This document shows, in pieces, positions 10,167-19,840 of a stretch of DNA of 64,000 nucleotides (the stretch's first letter is position 1; every line of letters starts with the position of its first letter). The translations under genes and the position numbers were made by a program. Source of the stretch: an uncultured Gammaproteobacteria bacterium (GTDB lineage: Bacteria; Patescibacteriota; Patescibacteriia; HK-STAS-PATE-3); contig CAZWTD010000002.1 in the NCBI GenBank assembly GCA_964637345.1, forward strand, positions 6,426-70,425, in the 5' to 3' direction. A model generated the notes under the pieces. It had not been told where the DNA came from. It did no database searches and was given only the letters and a program-made list of their open reading frames with translations.

Positions 10167-10493
10167 ATGACTGACGAACGCTGGCAAGAAACCCTCGATC
10201 AACTCAGCGAGCGTTTTTCCGTTTTGTCTCGGGCGACTGAGCCAGCTGAAGACGGGCATGGAACAACCGAACGGGTGGTATTCTCTGGTCCACTTGGGAA
10301 GCTTCGCCTGTCGCGGACGGTGCATGATCGAGTTGTCGGTGAGCGGGCAACCGGCTCACATCGTATCGGGAGCGACGTTGCGATTGAAAAGGTGTACGAC
10401 TCTGGCGATCACGTCAGCTTTTTAACGCTGGAACGCGAGGGTGCGAGCGGAGAGTGGGAAGAGCTTGATCCAGCCAAGTTAGGAGTAAGCTAA
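10167..10493 (+). CDS. Hypothetical protein
   Basis: 108 aa ORF tightly packed in the operon. Confidence 0.6.
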   Translation: MTDERWQETLDQLSERFSVLSRATEPAEDGHGTTERVVFSGPLGKLRLSRTVHDRVVGERATGSHRIGSDVAIEKVYDSGDHVSFLTLEREGASGEWEELDPAKLGVS

Positions 10494-10499
10494 CACACG

Positions 10500-11396
10500 G
10501 TGCCCGAGCTTCCAGAGGTTGAAACAGTCCGCCGGACGCTCCGTCCCGTTCTTCTCGGACGGCGTTTTGAAAAAGTAGAAGTCCGACTACCAAAGCTGAT
10601 CCGCGGCTCTCCTCTCGAAATAGTGAAGCTCAATCACGATCGAATCTGTGGGCTTGAACGCCGAGCGAAGATCCTCATTATCCGTTTGGAATCCGGGCGC
10701 AGTCTTTTGATCCATTTAAAAATGACGGGACAACTCATTCACGTTCAGCGGGACGGCAAGCTGCTGACAGGAGGGCACCCAATTCCCGGTGGGGAGGTGG
10801 GCTTACCAAATCGAACAACTCAGGCAATTTTTCATCTTGATGACGGAAGTGCGTTATTTTTTAACGATGTTAGAAAATTTGCCTATCTCCGCCTCCATCA
10901 CCATCGTGAGCTTCAGGCTTTATTCACGCTTCTTGGACCGGAACCGCTTCTCCCTTCCTTTACCTTTGCGGTGTTTCGTTCGGCCGTCGCTCGTCGGCTC
11001 AAGTCTCAAACGAAAGACGTGCTTCTTGATCAAAGCGTTATTGCGGGACTTGGTAACATCTATGCCGATGAGGTGAATTTTGCCGCCAGGATCCACCCGC
11101 GTCGGCTGGTACGGAGCTTGTCGGAGGAGGAACTTCGCGCAATCTACGGGGCAATAAAGCGCATTCTTCGTTTTGCGGTTCAAAAGCGCGGTACAACCTT
11201 TAGGCATTTTCGAGACGGTCGCGGGGCCCAAGGTGGAATGCGCGCCTATCTCAAGGTCTACGGACGAAGCGGCCAGCCCTGCGTGCGATGTAAAACGCTG
11301 ATTGTCAGAGAGAAACTCGGAAGCCGCTCCGCCCACTACTGTCCGAGATGCCAAACCTTGACCAAACCGAAGTGGGCGGGTACGCTCTCCGTATGA
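10500..11396 (+). CDS. mutM: Formamidopyrimidine-DNA glycosylase
   Basis: PELPEVET, HLKMTG, GLGNIYADE, C-terminal C4 zinc finger. Confidence 0.95.
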   Translation: MPELPEVETVRRTLRPVLLGRRFEKVEVRLPKLIRGSPLEIVKLNHDRICGLERRAKILIIRLESGRSLLIHLKMTGQLIHVQRDGKLLTGGHPIPGGEVGLPNRTTQAIFHLDDGSALFFNDVRKFAYLRLHHHRELQALFTLLGPEPLLPSFTFAVFRSAVARRLKSQTKDVLLDQSVIAGLGNIYADEVNFAARIHPRRLVRSLSEEELRAIYGAIKRILRFAVQKRGTTFRHFRDGRGAQGGMRAYLKVYGRSGQPCVRCKTLIVREKLGSRSAHYCPRCQTLTKPKWAGTLSV

Positions 11397-12217
11397 TTGA
11401 TCTATTGATCGCAGCACTCTTTGGGGCGGTTCAGGGTATTACCGAGTTTCTTCCAATCTCAAGTTCGGGACACCTCGTTGTGCTTCATGAACTCTTTCCG
11501 AGCTACCTCAATGCCGATCAAGTTGGTTTTGATGTCGCGCTTCACGCCGGAACGCTTTTGGCGCTTATCGTTTTTTTTCGCCAGGACATCGGTCGATTGC
11601 TTCGCGTCGCTGTCGCCTGGCTATTCCGCCGTTCTCGGCCCGAGGATGCGCGCGATCGCGTCATGATTCTCGCGTTGGCAATTGGAACAATTCCTGCGGC
11701 GCTTGTTGGTGCTCTGTTTGAATCTCGTATTGAGTCAACTTTTCGATCCATGGTTTGGGTCGCAGTATGGTTAATTGTTGGCGGATTAGCCTTTCTCTTT
11801 GTTGAAGCGCTTACCAAAGCACGACGAAATCTTGAAATCCTTCGTTTGCGGGACGCGCTGATTGTGGGAGTAACTCAGGTGATCGCCTTTTTGCCAGGTA
11901 TTTCTCGTTCTGGGAGTACAATCATTGCTGGTCGAGCACTCGGCTTCACACATCAGGCCGCTGCCCGTTTTTCTTTTCTCCTTTCTATTCCAGTTGTGTT
12001 TGGGGCTGCCGTGAAAAAAGGCTTTGATCTCGTCGATGCCGGTGTTTCGACCGAGTTAGGCGTTACGATGCTGATCGGCGGTCTTTCGGCCGTTGTTGTC
12101 GGTCTCTTGGCGCTCCGTTTTCTTATGGGTTTTTTTGCAGCGCATACCTTACGAGGCTTTGCTGTGTATCGTTTTGTTCTCGCGGCGTTGCTTCTCGTGG
12201 TGGCAGCGCTTCGATAA
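11393..12217 (+). CDS. uppP: Undecaprenyl-diphosphatase (BacA)
   Basis: QGITEFLPISSSGH, PGISRSG. Confidence 0.95.
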   Translation: MIDLLIAALFGAVQGITEFLPISSSGHLVVLHELFPSYLNADQVGFDVALHAGTLLALIVFFRQDIGRLLRVAVAWLFRRSRPEDARDRVMILALAIGTIPAALVGALFESRIESTFRSMVWVAVWLIVGGLAFLFVEALTKARRNLEILRLRDALIVGVTQVIAFLPGISRSGSTIIAGRALGFTHQAAARFSFLLSIPVVFGAAVKKGFDLVDAGVSTELGVTMLIGGLSAVVVGLLALRFLMGFFAAHTLRGFAVYRFVLAALLLVVAALR

Positions 12218-12219
12218 CA

Positions 12220-12246
12220 AATCACCCCGCGATTGGCGGGGTGATT
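12220..12246. terminator. Hairpin terminator between convergent genes
   Basis: AATCACCCCGC / GCGGGGTGATT 11 bp stem. Confidence 0.75.
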
Positions 12247-12264
12247 GTGTTGAGAAGTGCCGGA

Positions 12265-13296
12265 CTAGATTGAATGTCCGTCTTTTGGGACAAAACGATA
12301 CGGACGGAACAGCGTCAGGATAAGGAAGCCCACGACGACGATCCAGGGGAACCAGCCGGCGACGCTATCGCAGCGGGCAAGGAAGTAGAGAACAAAGAGA
12401 CCCGACGCAAGTAGGAGTGGTACAATCCAAATCCAAAGGTCGGTTTTCGTCTCAATGAGTTTGTAGTACCCATAGAGGATGAGGAGGCTGCCGATGAGGA
12501 CGATGAGCCAGCCCCACCATCGGATATCCCAGCAGGATTTCGTGGTTTCGTTTGTGCTGGTCGGTAGAACTTCAGTATCGGTCCCTAGGACATCGCCGCT
12601 GTTCGTATTCGCGTTCGCGTTACTGTTTACTGCCGTGGTGTTTGCGAGAGAGGGGAGCGGGGCGTCGACAGCCGCAGCCCGAACGCGGACATCCGCGCTA
12701 CCAGTTACTGATCCAGACTGGGCGATAATACGGCCTTCGCCATCTCGGTTCGCGGTAAAGAGTCCTGTGGCGCTTACTGTTCCAATCGATCCTTCAAGTT
12801 TCCAGGAGACCACAAGATTCGTGAGGAGGTTGTTCATCCGGTCATAGGCCTTCGCTTCGAATTGGCGCCTCTCGCCCCGTCCGACAATTTCCGGGAGGGA
12901 GTTCGGATTAACGACGATGTGATCAACGGGGCCCGGGCGAACAGTTACGGTTGTGCTAACCGATGCGTTATTGAGTGTCGCGCGGACCTTCCAGCTTCCG
13001 AGTGAGCCGGCTGTGTAGACTGGACCGCTCAGGTTCCCGGTTGGGTCGGTTGTTGTGACTTGAGCCGCCCGAGAGGCGTCCCAGGTTTCTCCGGTATCCG
13101 GGTTTGTTGCGAAAATGGAGAATTCGATGGAAGAGCCAGCGTCGAGCGTTACCGTTGTCGGCGACAGCTTGAGAGTTTGGTCGTCATCTCCAGTTGCGGC
13201 ATTCGCGGGAATGGCGAGGGCGAGAAGTCCAAGGAAGAGCGCGAAGCTTCCAAGAAGACGAAAGCGCGTGCGGGGAGCGTGCGGCGTGTGCAGCAT
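12265..13296 (-). CDS. Surface protein: signal peptide, two Ig-like domains, Asn-rich linker, VLG motif, three C-terminal TM helices
   Basis: AYDRMNN...WKLEGSIGTVSATGLFTA Ig-like pattern; DVLGTDTEVLPTST. Confidence 0.7.
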   Translation of the reverse strand: MLHTPHAPRTRFRLLGSFALFLGLLALAIPANAATGDDDQTLKLSPTTVTLDAGSSIEFSIFATNPDTGETWDASRAAQVTTTDPTGNLSGPVYTAGSLGSWKVRATLNNASVSTTVTVRPGPVDHIVVNPNSLPEIVGRGERRQFEAKAYDRMNNLLTNLVVSWKLEGSIGTVSATGLFTANRDGEGRIIAQSGSVTGSADVRVRAAAVDAPLPSLANTTAVNSNANANTNSGDVLGTDTEVLPTSTNETTKSCWDIRWWGWLIVLIGSLLILYGYYKLIETKTDLWIWIVPLLLASGLFVLYFLARCDSVAGWFPWIVVVGFLILTLFRPYRFVPKDGHSI

Positions 13297-13306
13297 AGTG
13301 GTTGAA

Positions 13307-14002
13307 TTACTGTTCAGCGGTTGGCGTAAATGGCCGACCGTCAATGACAAGGCGATGGGAGGTGGAAAACATTGGTGCGCAAGTGAAGAGCGTCAGTTTT
13401 GGCTCCACGCTAGGGTTGAGTATTTCGGTTTGGTCGGGCGTAACAAGTCGCGTTTCCGCAATTTCGAAGTCGTACTCTTTCATCACTCCGTCCGTTTTCC
13501 AGTAGACAATGATCATGTCGCCCGCAGAAAGACGGTCGGCGAGAGCTAAGGTATTTGGTCCGGCGAGGTATTGAAAGCGATGGACTGTGAGTACGGTATT
13601 ACCTCCGCGATCTGGAGTTGAGGTGTTCGGAAGGCGCCAAGAGCCCCGGAAGAGCGAGTCCTCATTCTCTCCTTCAACGATCGGCATGTCAACACCAATC
13701 CTGGGAATAACGAGGCGGTTCTCTTTCGGAAGCGCCGATCCGATTTTTGGCAGCCGGCCGCTCGGGGCAGTTGTTGTTGAAGGGAGTTGGGTGAAATAGG
13801 GGAATTCCGGTTCTGGCTTCAGCAGCTCGTATCGAAGGATAGGAAGGAAGGGATAAAGGAGGACAAGAACTCCGAGGACAATGAGGCCGCTTGCTGCAAG
13901 TTTGATTGGATGAATACGAAAGCGGGGCCCTGGTCGGGCTGGGGCATTTTTTATCGCGGTGTCTTCGGTCTCCCCCAAGGCCGGACGCTGATCGTTCGGC
14001 AT
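13307..14002 (-). CDS. Sortase
   Basis: N-terminal TM; IPRIGVDMPI, GNTVLTVHR (His), LTLFTC (Cys), HRLVI (Arg). Confidence 0.92.
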   Translation of the reverse strand: MPNDQRPALGETEDTAIKNAPARPGPRFRIHPIKLAASGLIVLGVLVLLYPFLPILRYELLKPEPEFPYFTQLPSTTTAPSGRLPKIGSALPKENRLVIPRIGVDMPIVEGENEDSLFRGSWRLPNTSTPDRGGNTVLTVHRFQYLAGPNTLALADRLSAGDMIIVYWKTDGVMKEYDFEIAETRLVTPDQTEILNPSVEPKLTLFTCAPMFSTSHRLVIDGRPFTPTAEQ

Positions 14003-14005
14003 AAC

Positions 14006-14929
14006 TTAGGCGCTGGGGTGTTTCGAAAAAGGATAAAATGCGAACGTGGAGATTCCCGCAGTCAAAAGGATTGTCGCGAATACCACGAGGAGCCAGTCGA
14101 AAAATGTGATGCCGCTTGCGGGCAGTTCAGTCGAGGCCCCAAGAACCTGGCCCTGCCGCGCGGCAATCGTGATCTCTGTGCTCGCGGAGAGGGGAGTCGT
14201 TTGAGAGGCTGAGAGTCCAACCGAAATATTACGCGTGCCTGTTGTTGCGCTTGGATCAATTCGGAGATCAACAATGCGAGTTATCGTTTCTCCTGCGTGA
14301 AGTGTTGGAATCGTGATCGGCGCGATGGTAGTAAGGCCCTCGTTGGGATCTATGGTTAGGATCAAATCGCGAGCAGCGTCAGTTCCCGAATTTGCGATGG
14401 ACATTGTAAGTGGGGCGCTCGATCCGGCGACGAGAGTATCTCGAGTGATCGATAGTGTCAGCGCGAGCTTCGGGGAAGATAGCGTTGAAATGACGAGGCT
14501 TGTCGCAATAGCTTCGTTTTGATCAGAGTCCAGGGTAGCCTGAATCGTCAATGCGAGATCATTTTCAATTGTTTCATTAGCCTGAATACTGAACTGCGTT
14601 GTGTGGTTTCCAAGAGCTAGCGCTGGGAAGGACCAACGGGCACTTCGTTCAGAGCTTGCAACAACGCCAGGCTCATCGACAGCAACTATGCGAAGCCCTG
14701 TGGGAACCTTGAGTTGGAGTCGGGCGTCGGTAAGCGCATAGTCGGCTACGGAGTATGTGAGGGTAACGCGTTGTATCGCCCCGGCGTCTATTTCTCCCTC
14801 ACCGTCAATAGAAAGAGTAACCGCGGACACTGTTGTTGTCTTCGGTCGCTCAATCATTTGCGCCGACGCACACGAGGACCAGGTCGCGAGGAGTGTGCAG
14901 CAGGTAAAGAGGGTGATGAGCCGGCGCAT
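14006..14929 (-). CDS. Ig-fold (DUF11/CARDB-like) surface protein with LPASG sorting signal
   Basis: Signal peptide; GQVLGASTELPASG then TM then short tail. Confidence 0.75.
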   Translation of the reverse strand: MRRLITLFTCCTLLATWSSCASAQMIERPKTTTVSAVTLSIDGEGEIDAGAIQRVTLTYSVADYALTDARLQLKVPTGLRIVAVDEPGVVASSERSARWSFPALALGNHTTQFSIQANETIENDLALTIQATLDSDQNEAIATSLVISTLSSPKLALTLSITRDTLVAGSSAPLTMSIANSGTDAARDLILTIDPNEGLTTIAPITIPTLHAGETITRIVDLRIDPSATTGTRNISVGLSASQTTPLSASTEITIAARQGQVLGASTELPASGITFFDWLLVVFATILLTAGISTFAFYPFSKHPSA

Positions 14930-14937
14930 CGGAGTAT

Positions 14938-17289
14938 TTACTCAAGAAGACGAGATCGGCGAAGGAGAGAGGCGCCGGCGACAAGGAAGCTTAGGCCAAG
15001 CAGCGCGAGGAGCGCATCGAGGGCCCCAGGTCCCGTTTCCGGAAGCGTGTCTTCCGCCCCAAGCACTTGCCCATTTGTTGCAGGTGTTTCATCGTCGTTC
15101 GTGTCTTCTGCGCCGAGAACTGAGCCCACAACAACGGCGACGCGCGCGGTCGAAGAAAGAGGATCAAGTCCATCCGCGCTCACGCGGGCAATATTGTCAT
15201 AAGTGCCTGCGCTCGCTGAGGGGGCAACCTTCGCCTCGTAGGTCGTTGTAATACTTTCTCCGGCCGGGATCGTACCAAGCATTTTCGCCATCGTTGTTGA
15301 ATCTGAGTCGGAGAAAGTGAAGGAGGTCGGTAGGGTATCGGTCAGAACAACATTCGTCGCAGCGTCAGATCCCGAGTTTTTTACTTTGACGGTGTAGGTG
15401 ACGACTGAACCCGGATGTGCTGATTCCCGATTCGCCGTTTTTTCAATTGTGAGCTTGGGTGAAGATGTAAGTGTCACGTCGGCGCTCGCCTCGAACGAAT
15501 CAACGCCCTTGGCCCGGACATTTGCGGTATTGATAACAATCGTATTGTCCTGAACAGTTGCGTCAACCTGTGTTGTCACTGAGAGTACGTACGAGTTTGG
15601 GGAAAGTGTTCCGAGGGACCACGTCACTGTCCGCGTCGCAGCGTCATAACTCGAACCGGAGCTTGCTTCAACAAAGGTGAGGTGTTCCGGGAGGGGATCG
15701 GAAACAATCACGTCTTCGGCATTTGCGTCGCTTACATTGAGCGTTAGGAAGTAGGTGATTGTTCCGCCAGCGGCTTGAATAGAGGCATTCGCTGATTTTT
15801 CAAGAGTGAGCTTTGGCGTAAGTGTTGGATCTCCTTCGTTTTCGCCACTCGCTTGGTAGTTTCCGAAGTTGAGGTTAGCAATTGTCTCTCCGAAGCCAAG
15901 CGAAATCGGGCCATGCATGGCGCTCGGCGTTCCCGGAAAGCTCTGGGTCCAGTCCGGCTGCATGACTTCTCGGACGAAGTAGGTTCCTGCGTAGGCCGGG
16001 GAGAAGGCATATGATCCGTCAACGGCTGTATGAGTTGTAGCGATTACCGTCGGGCTCCCGGTGAGGTTTCCGCCATTGCTGAAGGGGATGCCGAAACAGG
16101 CTAGGTCAAGGCGACTAATCACTCCGTCATGGTTCAAGTCAACGTTGGGGTTGAAGTTTTGGAACCCTTGCGTCCAGGCGACGAAATCTGACAGGTCAAT
16201 GATGTCGTTATCGTAGTAGTCGTATTCGTTGATATCTTGAGAGCAGGTCGTCAGAAGCTCGACAGTCCAGTGTTCGATGCCGTTTTCCTGGTTGTCCCAG
16301 TTGGTATTCTCATTTTCATCATTCCACTTGCCGCCGGAAATGGATCCCTGGCAGAGACCGAAGAAATGTTCAGTCGTCGCCGTTGAGCGGTTGTCATCCA
16401 GGTTTCGTTCAGGGTAGGGGACGTCCTGACTCGACGGAACTGGAGCAGGAAGAACTTGCTCAATGTCGGCGGTGTTCACGAGTCGTTCGCAGGTTAGAAC
16501 CGACGCGTCAATTGTTACCGTAAGCGAAATAGATCCAGTTTCGCCGATATCGAGCATTGGAATCGTCCAGGTCGCTACTCCGTTATTTACAGAGTCGGGG
16601 GTAGGCGTGGACGAGGCGATCGTTGCGCCGTGAGGAAGGACGTCATTCAGAACAACGTTGTAGGCCGGCCAGTTTCCTGTGTTTGCATAATTGATAACAT
16701 AGGTAATCCCCGTAAGTTTTTCCCCGTTCTCGGCAATTTTTTTATCAACTTGGAGATCAGGGTTTTTCGGGCAGAAACGTTGGGTTGTTGAAGTGGTATC
16801 TTCGACAATGCCGTCGTCCTCCGGAGTTGAAGCGGGTCCGACGCCACGAATATTGGCGGTATTCGTCACGGAAACGCATTCGGTCAGGGCGCCGAAGTCG
16901 AACGATGTGTCGAGGGAGACCGTCCCGTCGGTGTGCCCCGGGAGCGTGCCGATATTCCAGCTCACTGAATGAGAAACCGGATCGTAGGTTCCGCCATTCG
17001 AGGCGCTCATAAAACTAGACGTGGTGGGGAGCTTATCGGTGATGACGACATTGAAAAGCGTTATCCCTCCAGCGTTTTTGTACGATAAGACATACCCGGT
17101 GTCATTTGCTGGGTTGACGCTTTTTATAAGCTCCAGTGGGGAGGTGCCGGGGATAGCCGGTTCAGACGGAAGTACGGCCGCGGTCGTCAGGAGCGGCTGA
17201 GCGAGCAATCCAAAAAGAGTCGATACTGAAAGAATGAAGCGAGCGAGTCGCTGCCCCTTTCTCCAGTTTGATGCATATGATGGGTTCAT
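14938..17289 (-). CDS. Sortase-anchored adhesin: four DUF11 repeats, SdrD-B-like domain with dockerin-like insert, LPETG
   Basis: K..TY..N.G..DxLP..NTA repeats; GSISGGKWNDEN; VLGAEDTLPETG-TM-RRSR; SD GAGGAGG before ATG. Confidence 0.85.
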   Translation of the reverse strand: MNPSYASNWRKGQRLARFILSVSTLFGLLAQPLLTTAAVLPSEPAIPGTSPLELIKSVNPANDTGYVLSYKNAGGITLFNVVITDKLPTTSSFMSASNGGTYDPVSHSVSWNIGTLPGHTDGTVSLDTSFDFGALTECVSVTNTANIRGVGPASTPEDDGIVEDTTSTTQRFCPKNPDLQVDKKIAENGEKLTGITYVINYANTGNWPAYNVVLNDVLPHGATIASSTPTPDSVNNGVATWTIPMLDIGETGSISLTVTIDASVLTCERLVNTADIEQVLPAPVPSSQDVPYPERNLDDNRSTATTEHFFGLCQGSISGGKWNDENENTNWDNQENGIEHWTVELLTTCSQDINEYDYYDNDIIDLSDFVAWTQGFQNFNPNVDLNHDGVISRLDLACFGIPFSNGGNLTGSPTVIATTHTAVDGSYAFSPAYAGTYFVREVMQPDWTQSFPGTPSAMHGPISLGFGETIANLNFGNYQASGENEGDPTLTPKLTLEKSANASIQAAGGTITYFLTLNVSDANAEDVIVSDPLPEHLTFVEASSGSSYDAATRTVTWSLGTLSPNSYVLSVTTQVDATVQDNTIVINTANVRAKGVDSFEASADVTLTSSPKLTIEKTANRESAHPGSVVTYTVKVKNSGSDAATNVVLTDTLPTSFTFSDSDSTTMAKMLGTIPAGESITTTYEAKVAPSASAGTYDNIARVSADGLDPLSSTARVAVVVGSVLGAEDTNDDETPATNGQVLGAEDTLPETGPGALDALLALLGLSFLVAGASLLRRSRLLE

Positions 17290-17429
17290 GAGTACCTCCT
17301 CGTAAGTATTGAACGAATGAATCACGCGAAAATGTCTTTCACCGACGTTTTTAGGGTGAAAAGGAGCATCTCTAGCGTGTCAGGCATCATAGCATAGCCC
17401 TTGGTTTCGCCACAAACAGCCGTATTCTG

Positions 17430-19637
17430 TCAATCGAGTTCAGGAATCCGACGTCGGAAGAGCGTAACACCCAGTAACAGGCTCGTGAGTCCGAATGCGA
17501 GAATGCCATACTCGATTGGACTGGCTCCGGTTTCGGTCAGCGCTCCGAGCACTTGTCCGCGTTGGACAGTAATCGCTGCAGTGGCGGTCAATTGGGCAAC
17601 ATTATCTCCAACCACGCGTGCCGTGTTGATGAGTTGGCCGGCAGCGGCCGAGGCGCTCACGCGGACAGCGACGTGAATAATTCGTTCGTGGCCGGGGAGC
17701 AAATCCCCGAGCCTCCAGGTTGCCGTGCTTCCAGAGTAGTCAACAAAGGAGAGGCCGGCCGGAACTTCGTCGGTTAGCCGGAGGTTATACGCCGGGGCCA
17801 GTCCGTCGTTCCTGACGCTAAGGGTGTAGGTGACAACGCCCCCAATCGGAACAGTTGAGCGGTCGGCGACTTTTGTCAGAGTGAGCTTTGGACTTGGCGT
17901 ATTCGTTGGAATCACCAAACTTGAGACCTCAACCGTTGCTTTTGCATTCCGCGTTGGATGGTTTGAAGAGCTAACCGTAGCCACATTCTGATAACTTCCT
18001 GCTTTTGTGTCAGTCTTCACGACGACTGCATAGGTAAGGGTCCGGCTCGTTTCAGCTTTGAGCGTGCCAATCGGGAAGGAGCGATCAGTCGCTCCATTGT
18101 CGAGATAAACGAAGCCGGTCGGCAGAACATCCGAGACGACAACCTGAAGCGCGTCGCCGCTTCCCGTGTTTGAAACGACAATGGTGTAGAGGATTGTTTC
18201 ACCGGGCTTCACCGAGTCTTTGTCAGCAGATTTCACGATCGTGAGTTTCGGTGCGCCGCCTACCGTCAGCGATGCTGATGCACTCACCGGCTGTGCGTTG
18301 TCAGCCGAGAGCGTCGCGGTGTTATTGAGTTTTGCGCCAGGTTGCGTTCCAGCAGCGACTCGCGTCTGGACAGTCACGCTACCGCTGTCGCCTGGTTGGG
18401 CGCTTCCGAGCGTCCAGTTGATTTCGCGCGTTGGCGCGTTGTATGCGCCGCCGTTGCTCGCGCTGACAAAAGTGAGGCCCTCGGGCAGAGGATCGCGCAA
18501 GAGTAGTCCGTTGACTGCCTCGGTTCCGCTGACTGACCACGCGAGCGTGTAGGTGACAAGCTCGTTCGGAAGCGCAAGCGTCGGCGCTACCTCTTTAGTG
18601 AGGTGGAGCATCGCCAAGCTCGTGACAGTTGTGCTCGCGGAAGCCTGAACAGGTTTTAGCTCACTGGCCGAGAGGGTCGCGGTATTGGTAATCACTGTCC
18701 CGTTCGCGAGAGGGGAGATAATCTCTGCTGTCCACTGGACGCTGCCGTGGGCCCCGGGAGCTTGGTTACCCAAATTCCAGCGAAGTTCGTTCAGGTTGGG
18801 ATCGTACACGCCGCCTTGTGAGATTGTTGCAAAGATGAGATTGGCTGGAATTGGGTCGGTAAGAACCAGGTCGTATGCCGGACCGCTTCCGCTGACATTC
18901 CACGCAAGGGTATAGGTTAGCGTTGTTCCTGGAGCGGCAATTTCCGCGCTCACGGTTTTTTCTAGACCGATAGAAGGGATGCTTTCAATAGTTGTCGTTG
19001 CCGAATCAGACACTGGGTCAAGCCGGTCAGCGTCAATTGTTGCGGTATTTGTAATGACTGTCCCATTGCCGACCAGAGTATTGATCGTCCCGGTCCAGGT
19101 GAGCATCCCGTGTGCGCCGGATGCTTGGGTTCCGAGCGTCCAGGTAATGGTTGCAGTCCCAGAATCGTAGATCCCGCCGTTTTCGGCTTGCACGAAGCTC
19201 AGCTCTGTTGGAACGGGGTCTGTTACGACAACATTCGTGGCAGTTCCGTTTCCGCCAATGGACCAGTGAAGGGTGTACGTGAGCAAGTCGCCAGGATGTG
19301 CAAGGCTAAGGTCGACCTGTTTGTCGAGGTTGATTGTTGGGTGATTGGCTGGACTTGGGAGCGGAGCGGACGCAGTTGCTGGGGGTTCCGGCGACGTTTC
19401 AGGCTCTTCCGATTGGGTGGTTGATGGTTCCGTAGTTGAATTCGACCGTAGAGCGGGAGTGAGGTTATCCGCGAAGACGGCGGTCTCGGATTCTGGAATA
19501 GCCGCCTCTGTTGCTTCGAGGGTTTTTCCATACGCGAACCCAGGAAGGCAGGCTTGAAGAACAAGACTGACAAGTGCAATCACGGCCATTTTTCGACCGA
19601 AGCGCTGGCGGGAACGGAACACAGAGAAGTTCGGCAT
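17430..19637 (-). CDS. Sortase-anchored adhesin with five DUF11 repeats, LTETG
   Basis: Five LxKxV/AD...ITNTA repeats; GQVLGALTETG-TM-RRR. Confidence 0.85.
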   Translation of the reverse strand: MPNFSVFRSRQRFGRKMAVIALVSLVLQACLPGFAYGKTLEATEAAIPESETAVFADNLTPALRSNSTTEPSTTQSEEPETSPEPPATASAPLPSPANHPTINLDKQVDLSLAHPGDLLTYTLHWSIGGNGTATNVVVTDPVPTELSFVQAENGGIYDSGTATITWTLGTQASGAHGMLTWTGTINTLVGNGTVITNTATIDADRLDPVSDSATTTIESIPSIGLEKTVSAEIAAPGTTLTYTLAWNVSGSGPAYDLVLTDPIPANLIFATISQGGVYDPNLNELRWNLGNQAPGAHGSVQWTAEIISPLANGTVITNTATLSASELKPVQASASTTVTSLAMLHLTKEVAPTLALPNELVTYTLAWSVSGTEAVNGLLLRDPLPEGLTFVSASNGGAYNAPTREINWTLGSAQPGDSGSVTVQTRVAAGTQPGAKLNNTATLSADNAQPVSASASLTVGGAPKLTIVKSADKDSVKPGETILYTIVVSNTGSGDALQVVVSDVLPTGFVYLDNGATDRSFPIGTLKAETSRTLTYAVVVKTDTKAGSYQNVATVSSSNHPTRNAKATVEVSSLVIPTNTPSPKLTLTKVADRSTVPIGGVVTYTLSVRNDGLAPAYNLRLTDEVPAGLSFVDYSGSTATWRLGDLLPGHERIIHVAVRVSASAAAGQLINTARVVGDNVAQLTATAAITVQRGQVLGALTETGASPIEYGILAFGLTSLLLGVTLFRRRIPELD

Positions 19638-19840
19638 GGGTGCTCGAAGGTTAATCAAGATGATAATGAAAAAGCCAACGAAAGAGGACAAGAAAAAACG
19701 AAGAGACAGAAACTCCGTTTTGTTCGCTTTCGTTGGCTTTTCCCCGTCCTCCGCGGGTTTTTCAAGAAAGAACAAGTGCGAAAATGTGCGCGATCCCTCC
19801 GAAGGTGCGATGAATGTTTTGGGTGTTCTTTTCACAGGAA

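Noticed and set aside
14938-19637. Repeats as DGR template/variable regions or recombination cassettes
   Set aside because: Similarity is at protein level with diverged DNA; no adenine-specific mismatch pair and no reverse transcriptase in the window.
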